A stretch of 64,000 nt of DNA, from NCBI RefSeq assembly GCF_009914755.1, contig NC_060931.1; one strand, 5' to 3'. The DNA comes from the human T2T-CHM13v2.0 reference genome, Homo sapiens. Position numbers and translations under genes: made by a program. Below, piece after piece: positions 41,894-56,917 of this stretch (positions within the stretch are counted from its first letter, which is position 1; each line of letters starts with the position of its first letter). The notes under the pieces are model-generated. The model saw nothing but the letters and a program-made list of their open reading frames with translations, was not told the origin of the DNA and ran no database searches.

Positions 41894-44009
41894 AATTCTC
41901 ATTAAACCATAATTCCAAATTTCATTCCTATTGATGTGATGATAGAATTTGGACAAACATAATGCACTATATTAAAAAAAGAAAACGATAACTTGTTCAT
42001 ATTTTTAAATGAGAGTTTATGTTTATAGTTTTAAACTTGTGGCTTGGAACTATCCGCTAGTAAAATTTTTGATATCATTATACAAAATAGAAAATATGGA
42101 TTTTAACTGGCCTGCTTTTCAATTCAACTGAACATTAAGTACCCTTTTAATGGTCTTATTTGCTGGGAAGTGCACCATTACAATAATCTGCTTTTTACAG
42201 CCCATATCAAGTATGAACCAGCATCACTTATTACAAAGTTTGTGCTTTGGGAGACATTTTCATGGCATCTAACAGTACTACCCCACATTTCTTGGAATTA
42301 GTCTTTAATGATATCATTTTCCAAAATGAGTTGTTGCTCAAACTTACTGATTGTTTTGTGGTTAAAATCTAATCCAGCAGCTATATTTAAAATGTCATAC
42401 AAATTTGTAAGGAAAGGTTCACTGAAACTACTGTTACATTAGTAATTGTATGAAAATGCTGTAGAAGAGATACCATGCAGCTTGAATGTTTTCGTTTTTT
42501 TCCCCTATATGATATCCAAGGGATGACTATGAAACCTCATTTTAAACTGTTGGCAATTTGAGTTTTTACTATTGTCTGCCAGAGAACAGAGGACTATTAC
42601 TGTAGGTGTCATGTAAAATGAAGTTATAGTCTGAAGCCTCCTTTTAGCTGTCAGCCTTATTAAGGAGCTCTTCATGTGTTGAACCTGGCACCTGGTATTG
42701 TATAAGCAATGCATGTGAGAGCCTGGGGAGAGCTTTCTTTCTCTTTTCTGTGGCCTTTATTAGGCTTGGCTCACATTTTCACTGTTGCTTTGCCTTATTC
42801 CAACTTTTTAGCTGCAGCTCACAGCACAGTAGGTCTAATTTAGATTGACTCCTTTGCCTGAAGACTGATTGAAACTTGTGTCTCGGAGTTGCTAATGCTC
42901 ACTGAACCATTTTATTGAAGATAAAGTAAATAAAATAGATTGCCATAGGAGAATTCTCTGAAATCAAATGGAATAATTTGCCAGGTTTAAGCCCATAAAG
43001 AAAGCAAAGCAGTGAAACAGAATACTTTTTATCTTCAGTATATTAAGGGGTAAATATTCTTGATATGTTAGACCTAAAATATTTAGGTTTTTCAGTACAA
43101 TTAAATGTTAAATATAATTCTCAACTGCCATGTTATTTTTGGTGTTAAACAATGGGTTCTCTCCAAGAGAGTAATATGAATAAAAACTTTTGGGACTACA
43201 ATATTGTGATGATTTTTTTTTCTTTCTCTTTTTGTGACACTTAAGTGTATGAATCAGTAGTCTCAGATAATTTAATAAACAACACAAATGAATGGATTTG
43301 CCAGAGTACACTTTAGAATCCTAAGTTTGGAAAATAGCAGTAAACCTTAGCTTACCCAAAGATAGTATTAATTTTGAGCATTTTATTCACTAATCAAGAT
43401 TATGTGTTCACATAAGAACAACCTTTTCTGAAAAGTATCCTGTGGAGTTTTTTTTTTCTTTTTGAATAAGACTGTTAGGTTTAGTCAAAGAATAATTACA
43501 ATATATGTGTTTTACATATCATGTGAAATAATTAGGGGAAGGAAGAAAAATGTTAGAGTGACCTTAGCATCTTGAATCCTGTGAACTTACAATAGCATAT
43601 AATGCCGCAATAACATATATTGACACATATGATTTGTGAAATACAAAGATCTGAGCCCTTGCATGAAGATATTTTGAACATCTGATGCAGAGAAATGAAG
43701 ATCTCTTATATGATTGCTAGGTCAGATGAAAAGTAAACATTTATAGAGGACAGATCAATAAAAGAATTTTATAAGAAAATTTCTGAACTTGCTGATTAAA
43801 GGCAGTATCTCTCTTCAACCTTATAAAGATTCTGTCACATTAATCTTTCTCTTATAATTTATCTTGTAGTTTCTCCAAATTTAAGATAATTTCTATCTGT
43901 GCCCCTCTTAAATGTGTATAGTTAATTTTTTAAAAATTTTGCTAAAACATTTCATTTGTTTCACAGGTGATGATTTATGCTTACTTTTTAGTTATATCCA
44001 CTATATGCA

Positions 44010-44417
44010 TTTTTTTTTTTCCTGTCAAGCTGCCCTTTATTTCAGGGAGAGGGCAGGGCAGGGGGCTCAGTCTTTCTTGGCAGCGACTTTCCTCATGGCG
44101 CCCAGAACGTTTCTCAGCTCCTCCTGCTTCCTCTTGGCGTGGATGTGTCCCCACCCTTTTCTCGATGAAACTTGAGGGCCCGTTTGTCCTTGGAGACCTT
44201 CAGTGACTCCATGGCGCGCAGCTCCTATGGGGCGAACCCACACACCTCTGAATCATGTCCCACGCAAACTTGGTGTGCTTGGTCAGGCGCCCGTGGTGGC
44301 GGCTGTGCCTGGGCTTGCTCACGTTCTTGGTCACCTTGTGGCCCTTGTTGAGGCCCACTGTCATAGGGGTAGCCCAGAGCCATGGCTGCTGCTCTTCAAT
44401 GGCTGCCGTAGTGGAAG
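44010..44417 (-). pseudogene. RPL36P: RPL36 (60S ribosomal protein eL36) processed pseudogene; decayed CDS 44383-44067
   Basis: Reverse strand [39 protein letters not shown]...[16 protein letters not shown]...AKRKQEELRNVLGAMRKVAAKKD*. Intronless, with 4 frameshifts and a TAC>TAG stop. AATAAA 44041-36, poly-A, TSD CACTATATGCATTTTT at 43999 and 44418. Confidence 0.97.
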
Positions 44418-45419
44418 CACTATATGCATTTTTTGCCTCTAAGTGCCCAATAGTCCATCAATTCGCACAACTATTAACTATTTTTTATAATGATTTCCAC
44501 TAACCCTGTCACAGTTAGGCATAAAGGATACATTACATTCTCATAAGAACAATAAGCCATCTGAAAGAAGTCCTTGACACTTTTTTGCCTTTTAAAGTAA
44601 CGTTGTCAGTTAAGAGCTGCTTTAGTTCTTGACCATAACTTTGACTATTTTTCCTCCATGGGATTCAGTCAGTTTCGAGGTTCAGTCAATTTCAGGGTTC
44701 GGGTTGTCTCCAAAAGTATGTGAGGCTGAATAAAAATAAACATGCTCCATGTTCCCTTGTGAGTGAACTGACAGAGAGGTTGTCACATTGTAGTTTTTCC
44801 TCATATAGTGGGGCTGAAAGTATAATTAGTTACCCAATATTTTTAAAATAATGCTGTATTTTTAGTGTTCCAGTGCCGTTATATTGTATACTTATCTTCA
44901 TTATTATATTCTATACTTATTTCCTTCTGATTGATCAGTAAGTGTTAAAGTCTATTCCTTTATCTAGAAGTACATCTTATTTGCTATGGACTCCAACCGT
45001 TTATTTCTTTTGAGATTTTGGTTTTGAGTGTGAACTTGCCCTCAGGAAATCGTGTGTCAGGAAAAGTTTTCTCAAAATGAGGAGAGCATTACATGGAAAT
45101 CTGACAAAGCTTAGTTCCTTTAACAATATATTCTAGACTTGTAGCAACATGCCAAACTGCAGATCAGAGAACTTGTAGCAGAAGAGCTGCGTTTGTTAAG
45201 TCATTTCCTGTGCTCACCCTTGACTTCTCCTGTCTCTCTGTTCGCCACTTGTTTCTGCTTTGTCTTTATGCTTCATTCTCCTTTTCAAAATACTTCATTG
45301 TCTCCTTTATATTATTAGTATTAAGTAGTGTATGTTCTTTGATATTACTGTCTGGTCTCTCAGTCAGCACGCTGAGCTTCAAATAATAAAAACGATAATA
45401 GTAATAACAATAATAATAC

Positions 45420-45665
45420 TATCCAACATGTTGTAATATCAGGTATTCTTCTCAGTTATCCACCAGCATTAGCTGACTTAATATTCCCAATCTAATAGTT
45501 ACATACTTGTGAGGTAGAAGGCAATATAATCTTCATTTAACAGATGAAGGTGTGGTGCTCAGAAAAGTTAAATAATTTGCCCAGTGTTACCTGGTTACTG
45601 TGTGACAGAACTAAGACTTGAACTAAGGCAGTTTAGCTTCAAATCTCTCCAGTAGTCTATTGCCC
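45420..45665 (-). mobile_element. MIR
   Basis: catttaacagatgaagg...gctcagaaaagttaaataatttgcccag. Confidence 0.75.
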
Positions 45666-46979
45666 AGGACAATTGAACAACTTCTCTTCTCATGTGGTTT
45701 CCCTGGTGGCCTGAAACACAGTATGTATTTAAGCATAAAAAGGTTTATGATGCAGTTCCACACCTGTATATTAAATTTTTGGAAGCCAACATAGTCGAAA
45801 TCAGTTAACTTCTGAATTATGGAATGTATTTTAAATAAGTCACTTTACTTTCAAATAGAGGCACGTGGAGTAAGGTATGAAAATATTAGTAAGAACTCAT
45901 GAACCATACGTACAAAATTAGAAATAATGACTTGTATTTAGTGTTTCAGTCAACTGAAAGGGATTGTTTCATATACTTTAAAATTTTAGTAGGCTAACAT
46001 GCATTCTGAAACTTTATTTTTATTTTCACTATAGGTTTAATTATCTTACATAATTATAACAAAAATATACTAAAACTTAATTTGCAATCTTAAAAATATA
46101 CTGCTCAAGGTAAATAACTATACAATATATCATTCAAGATGCTTTTGTGAGTAAAAAGGATTCTGTTAGTATTTACCCCAAGCAATAGGTATATATTGGG
46201 ACTATCTTGGGTGAAGATGTATGGACACCCTACTTGAAGCAGAAGCTGTTAGTTGTCATTCCAACATCCTTTCTTCTCTTTTTTCTTTGCTAACAGAACC
46301 CTGATGTTATTAAGACATACTTTATTACTATACATAACATATACTTCATGGGAAACTGATCCCATATCTAGTTCCAAGAGGTGGATCCTGACTAGGTAAA
46401 ACCAATTATGATAATCCTATTCTTTTGCCAGTATGGCTTATTTATATTTTTTTATTAATTTAATTTATATTAAATAATGTTAAGTAACTTCTCTAAGGTT
46501 ATATAAATAAATAAATTTAGTGTTTAATTTATTAAACATGAAGCCCTTTCTACCTCTTGATCAACTGGGATGGTAACTTTCTATTTAATATATTTTGATT
46601 TAGAATTTTTGTCACTTAAAGCTATAAATATTCTAACTAATATACTCATTTTAATCATTATTTGAGGAGTTGGACCCTCACCAGACTTTCACATTACAGG
46701 GATTTCTATTTGCATAATGCAGGGTGGGTTTAGGGAAGAGGATTGAGGAGCTTTAATAGGGAAAACAGGGATGGAAGTTTATCTCCCAAGAGTTCAGAAA
46801 GGTTATTAAAATGAATCAAAAAGTGGTTTCTTTGTCTTTTGTCTTCTGAAAATGATTTAAGGAAATCAAAGGATTACACAGTACTCATTTACACTTTCAG
46901 GTTGACATAGATATTCCTTGCAATTTCTGTGACATTTTCTTACAGGAAGGCTTATTCCAATTCTTCCAGCAGCTACCCT

Positions 46980-47028
46980 TACACACACTCACACACACAC
47001 ACGTACACACACTCACACACACACACAA
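46980..47028. repeat. Interrupted (CA)n
   Basis: Directly visible. Confidence 0.9.
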
Positions 47029-49545
47029 CTTTACTTTTGGTGGGATTTTTGATAGGAAATGGAAAAGAGATTTAAGCTACTAGCTTTTTCTTATCTGAAG
47101 ATAGCTGCTTCTCTGGTTCTTATTGTTATACTTTAGGCAATTAGATATATAGATTCCATATTTCCTTACATCACAGATGACGATTCAATCTATATAACCA
47201 TAGGAAAGGGAACTGGTTAAGTTAGAGTATATAAAACAATAGAATAACAAATAATATTTAGATAAATGAATAATGCAGGTGCGAAGCACTATTTAAATAA
47301 CATATTTTGTCCTTAAAATATGTATTTATTTATTGGAAAATTATTATTTGCAAAAATATCAGTGATTATTTCTGGGAGATAGAGGTATATAAAAGATTTT
47401 CATTTTCCTATTTATACATTTAATGATTTTCTATATTATTTCAACTTTGTTCATCAAACCCATTTTTTTCCTGAAACAAGAAAAAATATTAAAATAAAAT
47501 AGAAAAAGTTCTTATTCTCAACTGGTTGCAATTCTCTGAGTAGTACACTACTATAGGTATAATTAACCAGATGCCTCATTCCTCAAGCATTCTTAGTAAT
47601 AACGATTTAATATATCTTTTCTTGTGTTTCTGCTCAGAATTTTAATACCTGTAAAGACAATGTTGTTGTGAATCACAACATCATTAGAAACTGGAATTTT
47701 CACCTGGAGAGTTTTTTTTCATTGGTATCTGTACACTTTTCAAAACATGTAAATGTTAGCTACTAAATGGCTTATCTTTAAAAACTGTCTTTCATAAAAT
47801 CTGAAAAGCACTCCTTTTCATTGTGAGAGATAATTTAGAATTAATCCTAAGACAGAGCTGACTAGGCCAAGTGATTCTTAGCCCCATGAGACAATGAGAT
47901 ACAAATCCCCTTTTGCACAACCATGTTTTAATTCTCCCTTTACTAATATGAAAGGTAAACTTTTAGATATATATTTGAGATATATTATTTCAAAAATCAA
48001 TATAATGTAAATGATTGATATGCTGAAATTAGAATTTATATTCCCTATCTTAACGAAATAGTCATATAAATGCCCTACTTGCAGAATAGCCTTAATTTTA
48101 ACAGCCAAAAAGAGTGATACATAGACCATCATTAGTGCTGTTTTTCAAAACGCTGAAAACCAGACAAGTGAGAAACAAAACAAATATTACTTTGATATAA
48201 GAATCATTGAACTCCTGGAAAGTTCATTCTATATTAAGAATATAAAAATACCTTTATTTCATACATAAAATAAGGTTAGGTCTAGTCACAAGTTTTTTAG
48301 TTTCACAAATATTTGGAGAAAGTCTTGAAAGATGCAATGGCATTCCTCATTATTGTGGATGACTACCAAACATAACTCCTGTCCACACGTTAACAGTGTC
48401 TCAAATTGTTGTTACACTCAAAAATTCTCCCCATAATTTTCAAAACTCCTCTTAAATAGTGGTATGCCCCTCACTGAGGAGCTTTGGTTTTGGTACCGGG
48501 AGATCTAAGTTCTTCATCTCTGCTACCATCTGTAAAGTTGGACAAGTGTGTTTATCTCTCTGAAGTTCAGATCTGTGATTTATTGATGGAAAATGATATA
48601 AATGAAAAGGGCATTTTGCACTGGGTGTCTGTGATCTCTTTTAAGTATAATATTTTGTAATTCTGTAAAATAAAGTCTCCTATCTTAGCAGCATAACTTG
48701 GAGGAATCCTCTAAGAATGTTTGTTTAGAAAGATTAACTTTCTAAAATGATTCCCTTGCATCTCAAGAGCTGGTCAACATCTTAAACATGAGTATTTCCC
48801 CTGACTTCCAGAACTTGGCATTTGTATAAATTTTCTGTGGCTTTCTGCCATACTTTTTAGGCAGCTCATTGAAGGTAATTAAAATGGTAGAAGTATCACC
48901 CATCACTATATGACAACATTTGACAAGCTCAGCATTAGTGATTTGTATAAAAAGCAGAAATGATTAAAGATAAAAAGTGGAAGTAAATCCCTGAGGCTGT
49001 TGATTAGTAGAAGTCAACCCATAATTTACTCTTATTGAATTTTAACTTCTAGATTGTAATTATCATGATTACTTAACAATATTTATTGACTTCTGTCTTA
49101 CATGTAATTCCATATTTTGATCTTTGTTAACTAATTCAAATGTTTTTTAGGAATCTCCAGGTTATAACAGTGGTTGGTAGAGCATGCACTCACACATGTG
49201 CAAATATGATTCATTCAGAGAAATTACCATATACACCTTTATAGTCACAGCATATGAACTTTTGATGGTAAAACCACTGGGTTTTATAAATTTATATATA
49301 TGTACAAATATTCATGTATTAATGAAAACCTATATGGAAGTTCCTAGTTGCTTCATACTTCTCAGTTTGAAAGCACTTTAAAAAATATTAAATCATTTAA
49401 TACTCAACAACTTTAAGAGGAGGTAATACTATCATTTATTCCATTTTAAAATAAAGAAACATAATTTGAAGTTAGTAAGAATAGAGACAGTATTTAAACT
49501 TAAGCAGTTTGGTTTCAGAATCTGTAATTTTAACCTATGAATTAT

Positions 49546-50104
49546 TGTGGTGGACACACAGAAAGATAACTCTATAATGAGCCAAAGCTTTGTATAATTC
49601 CCTTCCAATGAGTGAGGGCAGAACCTATGACTTGTTTCTAGCTAACGAATATGGCACAGATGATAGAATAATCATTCCATAAATATATGAGACTCCATCT
49701 TAGCAGACTGGAGCAAGTGATTATTCTGCTGGACTTGAATAAGCAAGCTGCCATGTTTTTGAGAAGGCTGGGAAATGGCCACATGGTAAGGAACTGTCAA
49801 CAGCCTCTCAGGAGTTGAAAGGAGCCCCAGCCTAGAGCCAGAAAGAAAATGGAGATTTCGGTCCTACAAATCCAGGAATGAATTCTGCCGACAATCAAGT
49901 GAGCTTAGAAGGGGGTCCTGAGCTCAAGAAAAAGAACACAGCCTGGTTTATACCTTAACTGCAATCTTGTGAGAGCCCGAGCAGATGACTCAGCTAAGCT
50001 ATGCCCAGACACCTGAGTCACAGAAATTGCAGGGTAATAAATGCATGTTCCATTATGCATCAAGTTAGTCATAATTTGTTACACAGCAATAGGTAGCTAA
50101 TACA
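49546..50104 (+). mobile_element. MLT1E-type solo LTR
   Basis: TGTGGTGG...tgtataattcccttcc...aggaatgaattctgccgacaa...aatttgttacacagcaataggtagctaataCA; TSD-like ATTAT / ATTTT. Confidence 0.88.
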
Positions 50105-51337
50105 ATTTTGAATCATTGAAATAAAACCCCATATCACTTATTGTTAAATGAGTAATTGTCACAGATAACGTGGAACTTGAAATGATTTTTGAAGGATAAA
50201 ATTGAGCTGTTTGGAATTTTGACAATGTGATTGTGAAAAATCCTACACATACAAAAAAAGGTATGATTGAAGGCAATGATATTTACATTTGGGAAAATTT
50301 TAAGACATGTTTGGGAAATAGGAGATATTTATTAAAGAACTTATGATGTTTTAAAGGAAATCTTCACTTATAAAGTGAATTTGAAAGTCATTGAGTGATG
50401 TTAGTAGAAGGCTTGTTTGACCAAAGCACTGGAGCAGAGAATGACTTCACATCAAGCATTCATCTTTCATGCCCTCTAGTAACCATTTTCCTTACCTCTT
50501 TTCTTTGTAGATCATTTTTAAACCTTTGTTTCCTAGTTAATCTCTTTTAGAACCAGAGTTTTACTCCTTCTGTGTTCTTAATCTGCTCACCATTTTCTAT
50601 TTGTTGTCTGCCTTAGAAATATGAAACTAGAGGTTTTAAAAAATCTTATTGATAATATACTTTTAATCTCAACTTTTGGGGCAAGTTAACTCATTTCTTT
50701 ACAGTTTAGTTATTGGTTAGTTGTGAACTTTGTGACTCATTGTGATGAATAATTTGTAAAATAAGTTAATTTTAAACAAAGTATATAAAAGTAGAACATT
50801 GACTATATAAACTGATGCTCTAAGAATGAAACATGAGATGTTTTATTCTCTTATTTATTATTTCACATTTTATGGCTGCAGGCTTTATACCTTTATGAAA
50901 TATTTCATAATTTTTAAGTATATTGATGAGAATAAGTATGGCAAATACTTAACAGAAGGAATTCAAATGCAATTATAATTAGATAACATAGTACATTGTA
51001 GTCTGTAATAACAAATAGGTACGTGGATTTATTTGAAATATTTTAAAGTTCTTACTATAGGATTATTTGCTTGTGATATTACAAGTGACCTAGTATTTGT
51101 GGCCACAGAAAGTAGCCTTTAGCAAACAAAATAAACACTCTAGCTTCTAAAGGTCTTTAATTAATATGGGTTTCCAAGTTTTACATCTTAAACTCCAGTG
51201 GCTAATCACATGAAGAATGGTAAATAAGTGTGAGGAGGCTCAATGCTAGACTCCTAGCATTGAGCAATGCAGAATAAATAAAATGTGTTAATAAAAAATT
51301 ATATCATTCATTTTTATCCTTCATTTTTATATTGTTA

Positions 51338-51651
<314 letters not shown>

Positions 51652-52684
51652 GAGTGTGCATGTGGAAATTTCATAAATTGAAGTTCAGATGATTTCTTTC
51701 TCTATAATCCATGTTCTCTTAATGATACTTTGTCTTTACTGTTAATAGTTAACTATTTCCCACATGTTCTCCTTTGCACATCCACAAAAATGGTTTGAAA
51801 TGTTTCTGAAACAACGTTAAAGGCATTTAAGAATAGAATAGAACATTTAAGAACAGAAAGCAATTCTGTGTGCTGAAAAGACATTAACTATACAAATAGT
51901 AAGCTAGATATATCATATATTTTGTCATTAAATATTTTATAAAATTTTTACTATGCTGTATTATTCTAGATCTTTTAAAAAGATTGTCATTTTTATGATT
52001 AATATAAGAATGAAAAAATACAATATGCTTGACCTCATTTGACTTTCTGATGTTGAATCATTTAAAAGGTTTGTAAGATGTTTAATTACCAAAAGGTATG
52101 ATCATTATTCATCTCATCATTTGATATTTAACGTCAACTGAATTGCCTCCCTGGAGTGCACTGCGTTTCACAGATCAATAGATTTACCAAGAGCTTGAAG
52201 GAGAGCTTTAAACGTTCATTGAAAAGAAGGAAAAATATATCCCTCTTGTAAAATGGCTCACATATTCATTTCATCAGCTTCATAATTATTTTATTTACTT
52301 CTATGAATAAGTCTCCTTATAACAGTAGTTTTCGAGTATTACATCTCCTTTAAGTAAATTAAATTATAGTGTTAATCAGATTTGTTTTACTCAAATGCAC
52401 TGAAAATTCTGTAACAGAGAAATACAGAGGTAGAGTTCTTGAATAAATTCTGCTTTTGAGAGCTATCTTAAATGACTGTTTAAAATATGATTCTCAATAT
52501 TCAGTACAACGCCTGTAAAATTATTCTTATAAAACCATTATTTTATATTCCATCCAGTCCTTATACATTTATGAGGAAATTGTACGGTAAGAAGTTTAGA
52601 ACTGGAAGAGGAATTGTTCCTTCTTTCCCACTAGCTCCTTGGATGCTCCCTAGTTCTGATGTAATATCATTGAAATGCAGTTAA

Positions 52685-52895
52685 TGAAAACACTTAAAGT
52701 TTACTGTGTTTGCTCTGTGCCAGGTTTTCTAATCACTTTACACATATTAACTCATTTAATATTTCACCGGCCTTATAATATAGGTACTGCTATTCCCATT
52801 TTTGAAGTTATGTAACTTGCCAAGGTCACATAGCTAATAAATAGAAGAACCAGACTTGGGCCCTTATAAGTGGGTCTTAACCACTTATAAATACT
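52685..52895 (-). mobile_element. MIR
   Basis: ctgtgccagg...acatattaactcatttaat...taacttgccaaggtcacatagcta. Confidence 0.8.
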
Positions 52896-53555
52896 GTCCC
52901 TTGGGCACAAGGGGAGAGTCATAAAAAAAGCAACTGGGCTTTTTCTTTTTTATACTTTAGCCAAACTAATGTTAATCTTCATGAAAAATAATCTAAGCCA
53001 TCACTTTCTGTGCTACTCCTAATCTGTGGTGGTTTGGAGAATGGAAATTATGTATATTAAAATAATAGGATTCTCAATGTGTTATTAGATTAGCCAGAGA
53101 GTACCAGGTCTGGTATTTGATTTTACCCTACTTACGTGTAATAAGTCAACTTGTTACTGTTTTGTGGATTCTAGCAGAAGACATGAAACTCTTAGAGCGA
53201 AAGGACTATTAATTACAGCACAGCAAGCCACATGAACATTAGTTTCCTTTGCTCCCAAGTGCTGCAGGGGTGATACAATATGGCCCAAATGGATCCTGTG
53301 CACACACAGGATATTCATTACAGCTGAGGAACACTCAGCTAGGGATATCTGCTACGTTTATAGAAAACAATAAGCAAGCCTGCTCTTTGTCCCAGATATA
53401 ATACCTTATCCCTTAAGGTTATTCACTGCAAACACAACCCTAAGAAATACATCAGGTGAAAACTGCATAGAATCTGTATTCTTGGTGCATCTGGCAAAAG
53501 GTATAGGAGGGCCAGAAGCTCATGGAGAATGTCTTTTTCAAGTCTGAACCCTGCA

Positions 53556-54071
53556 CTACATTAGTTTCTTATGGCTGCTCTAATAAATTACTGCAAACTC
53601 AGTGATTTAAGACAACATAAACTTATTATCTCATAGTTCTGGAAGTCAGAAGTATGACATAGATTTCACTGGTCTAAAGTAAAGGTGTCAGGAAGACCAT
53701 GTTTTTTTTTCTGGAGGTGCAAGGGAAGAATCCGATTTCTAGCCTTTTCCAGCTTCTAGAGGCTGCCTACATTTCTTGGCTTGGAGGCTCCTTCCATCTT
53801 CAAAGCCAGCAATGACTGGTTGAGCCTTTCTAACATCACATAACTCTGACATTGGCCTCCTCTGCCTACCTCTTCCACATTTAGGTCTCTTGTGATTACA
53901 GTGGGTCCACTGGCTAATTCCAGACGATCTCCCTATTTTAGGATCAGCTGATTAATAATCTTAATTCCATCTGCAATCTTAATTCCTTTTTGCTATGTAA
54001 CATAACATTTTCAAAGGTTCTGGGGATTCAGATGTGAACATCTTTGGGAAGCCATTATTCTGCCTACCAAA
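53556..54071 (-). mobile_element. MLT1C/D-type LTR nested in the ERVL
   Basis: attagtttcttatggctgct...ttttccagcttctagaggctgcc...gccattattctgcctacca. Confidence 0.88.
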
Positions 54072-55559
54072 TATGCTGTATTGGTTTCTGGTGAATTTTC
54101 ATGAGTTGGTGACGTTGTTGGCCACTCTGATTAATTTGACTGACAGGGGTTAGGATTAAATCATTCAATTTGTCTCATAAAGCATTTAACTAAGGCTACT
54201 ATTAATAGGATTTCAAGCAGCAGGATTAAGGCCACCTGTAAATATTGACCACATTTATGCCCCCCGAGTCCTGGACTCAGCCAATTTTGAATAACTAGCC
54301 AGGACAGACTAGTAGGTCTTATTTTAGCCAGACAAGATGTAGTCTAAGGCCAGTTAATGACATGCACAATGGACTTTAAACAGATACACTGATATTTAGT
54401 GTCATTACCAATAATTGCAGGGGGAAACAGGTGGACCAAAAAAGAACCCCCACATATATGCATTCTGTGGCCCTTTCTCCTTTATATACAAACATGTAAC
54501 TCAAAGGGGTACATAAGTTCTCTTCAAGATGCATTACCAAACTTTATTTGGATCATCTTTATACTTTAGTTTGGTTAAGTGACAGGCAGATTCACTGAAT
54601 AGCTGCAGCTATGATTGCCATACATTTCATAACTCAAAGCCAATTGGGCATCAGGAGAAATGTGAATTCATTTTAGGCATATTTAAATAAGGTTGCATTA
54701 GTTTATGTGTTTGAATACATATTGGCATTGGGGGTGGGGAGAGGATGTTTAGGAGTTGCCAAAGATGGCATCAGGCACAACAAAGTAGTTTAGGTCTCAT
54801 GATGTTCACATGAACTTGTCTGTTTTTGTAGCCTGTGGATGGGGATGATAAACTGAGCAACAGGTCACATTACCAGCTGCAGGAGCTGCTTTACTTAAAT
54901 GGACCATATGATTATTTTGCTGGGCTGTGGCACTAGATCTAGGAGGGAAGGAGCGTTAATTAATTGTTCCTCACCTCTCACCTTCCAGGGTCTAAGGTGT
55001 TTTCACTTAGTGCCGGGATTGTTGCTTTCACTCCATAGCCACAAATTTGGCATACCACATTCCAGTAGCTATAATTTCATCTTTTTTCCAGACATCCTCT
55101 AGTTTCATCTCCATCTTTTATCTTAAAGGGCAAGATGGGAATAGAAGAAGAACTTTTGTACAAAATAGAAACCTATGATAAACCCACCTTGGTCCTCATA
55201 GGCCACTGGGGGGGACTCAGTGAACAATATACTCAACCAATTAGTCATTATACTAATGATCTAGGATTATATCAATCCAACTAAAGTATACAAGGGACTG
55301 AACTACAATTAGTTTGAACTCCCTAGGTCTCCTCGTAAGTGAGGATTACTTTGGATAAAGTAAAGTGCATCATATCTAGAAACGGTCAGAGTAGAATCCT
55401 AAATTTTCAAAACAGGTCTGTATAACCATCACCCTTTTCATCCTAGTCATTATTCAGGAGATGGTCAAAGGCGATAAACCCTTTTAAGGGACAGCTGCAT
55501 TTAGTGACCAAATTGTCCTGCTAAAGTGTGTAGACCAAAAAGAGAGATAAAGGACCAGA

Positions 55560-56500
55560 AATATTTCTGAATTGCTTTTTGAGGATACTGTTACCAGTCT
55601 TCTACAATCCAGATGCCTGTGGAAGGTAGAAGCATGGACTGTTCATCAATTACCTTGGCTTGCAGTCTATTGTAGGGTGATCTTTGCAATAAAAGATGTA
55701 GAATTGTCCATCTGTAGGTGGTCCGTAAAGCTGAAAATATGACATAGTTAAGTTTCAGGGCCACAATATCATGGCCAGAGTTGGCTGATTAGACTGAAAC
55801 GGTGCCATTGTAATCCAAAAAGTCTCAACAGCAGTGAAGCATCAACAGTAGTAGCCCTGGGAGGGAGACAAAAGACCGATATAGTCAATTTGCCAGGGGC
55901 AGGTGGAGTCAATGCTGTTGAGAGGTAATTCTCCATGATTTTCTCAAATTTCTACATATCTTGTAAGCAGAGGTACTATCTAATCTTTTCAGAATGTATT
56001 TTTAAGAGTGTATAGCAAACAGTTTTGGAAGATAGAGATACAGCTTTTATTTGCAGCAGAGAGCAGGTTTGTTCACTTTTTGTTATAATAAAGACAATGT
56101 ATCCTTCTGAGATAAAGATTAGACAAGTGTATCTCCCATTATAAAATACACTGGTTTCCTAAGATAAGTGATCCTCTTTGTGTGCAGTTGTCACTTGGCT
56201 CTCTTCTCGTCACTCTGTGGAAACTGAAGCTCAGGAAACTGGTTTCTTGTTATCTATAATGTTAGACCCTTTCTCAGTTTTTGACAATCACCGTACGAAG
56301 TGTGGCTTCCTGTACCGCTATACCAGTGCACCAGTTCATAGCAGGTGCTGTAAGTCTGGCATGCAGTGGTAGCTTCTGCATCGGAAACATAGAACTCTGA
56401 ATTGTGTGTCCAGTTTATGATGGTGGGTCCACAGCCATGACTGGTATGATGATGGATAGAGGTAGCAATAGTGGTAGTCTGGCTGGGACAGGCTTGATCA
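55560..56500 (-). pseudogene. ERVL integrase remnant, split by an LTR40-like insertion
   Basis: HHCC-like region ~56340-56460; catalytic core WQIDYIG ~55875-55896; PQASG ~55610-55622; multiple stops. Confidence 0.75.
55916..56286 (+). mobile_element. LTR40-type solo LTR
   Basis: TGTTGAGAGGTAATTCTCCATG...ttggaagatagagata...AGACCCTTTCTCAGTTTTTGACA. Confidence 0.75.
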
Positions 56501-56626
56501 GCATCTTAATTCTAATTGATCTCGTCAGAGAACAGGCTTTAGGCACCTTTAGGAATGACTCAAGATTGTCTGATCAGCAGCTACATTTTTTTCCCCATAG
56601 TTCTCAGCTCTAAAGGGAGATACATA

Positions 56627-56917
56627 TTTTTTTTCTTTGAGACAGAGTCTTACTTTGTTGCCCAGGCTAGAGTGCAGTGGTGTGATCATAGCTCACTGCA
56701 GCTTCTGACTCTTGGGCTCACGTGATCCTCCAGCTTCAGCCTCCTAAAGACTGAGACTACAGCCACATGCCACCACACTCAACTCTTTTTTTTTTTTTTT
56801 TTAGATATGGGGGCTTGCTATATTGCCCAGGCTTGTCTTGAACTCCTGGCCTCAAATGATCTTCCCACCTTGGCCTCCCACAGTGCTGGGATTAAAGGCA
56901 TGAGCCACTGCACCTGG
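56627..56917 (-). mobile_element. AluJ
   Basis: gtgatcatagctcactgcagc; ctatattgcccaggct. Confidence 0.93.

Noticed and set aside
43912-44503. Plus-strand ORFs over the GC-rich patch
   Set aside because: Antisense read-through of the RPL36 pseudogene; the GC-richness comes from the retrocopy, not a CpG-island promoter
44664-44700. 17-bp two-copy repeat TTCAGTCA(G/A)TTTC..GG
   Set aside because: Simple local slippage duplication with no further structure
43960-49175. Other acceptor-like sites (~43967, ~46945, ~49150)
   Set aside because: No matching strong donor or convincing frame; expected by chance in T-rich DNA
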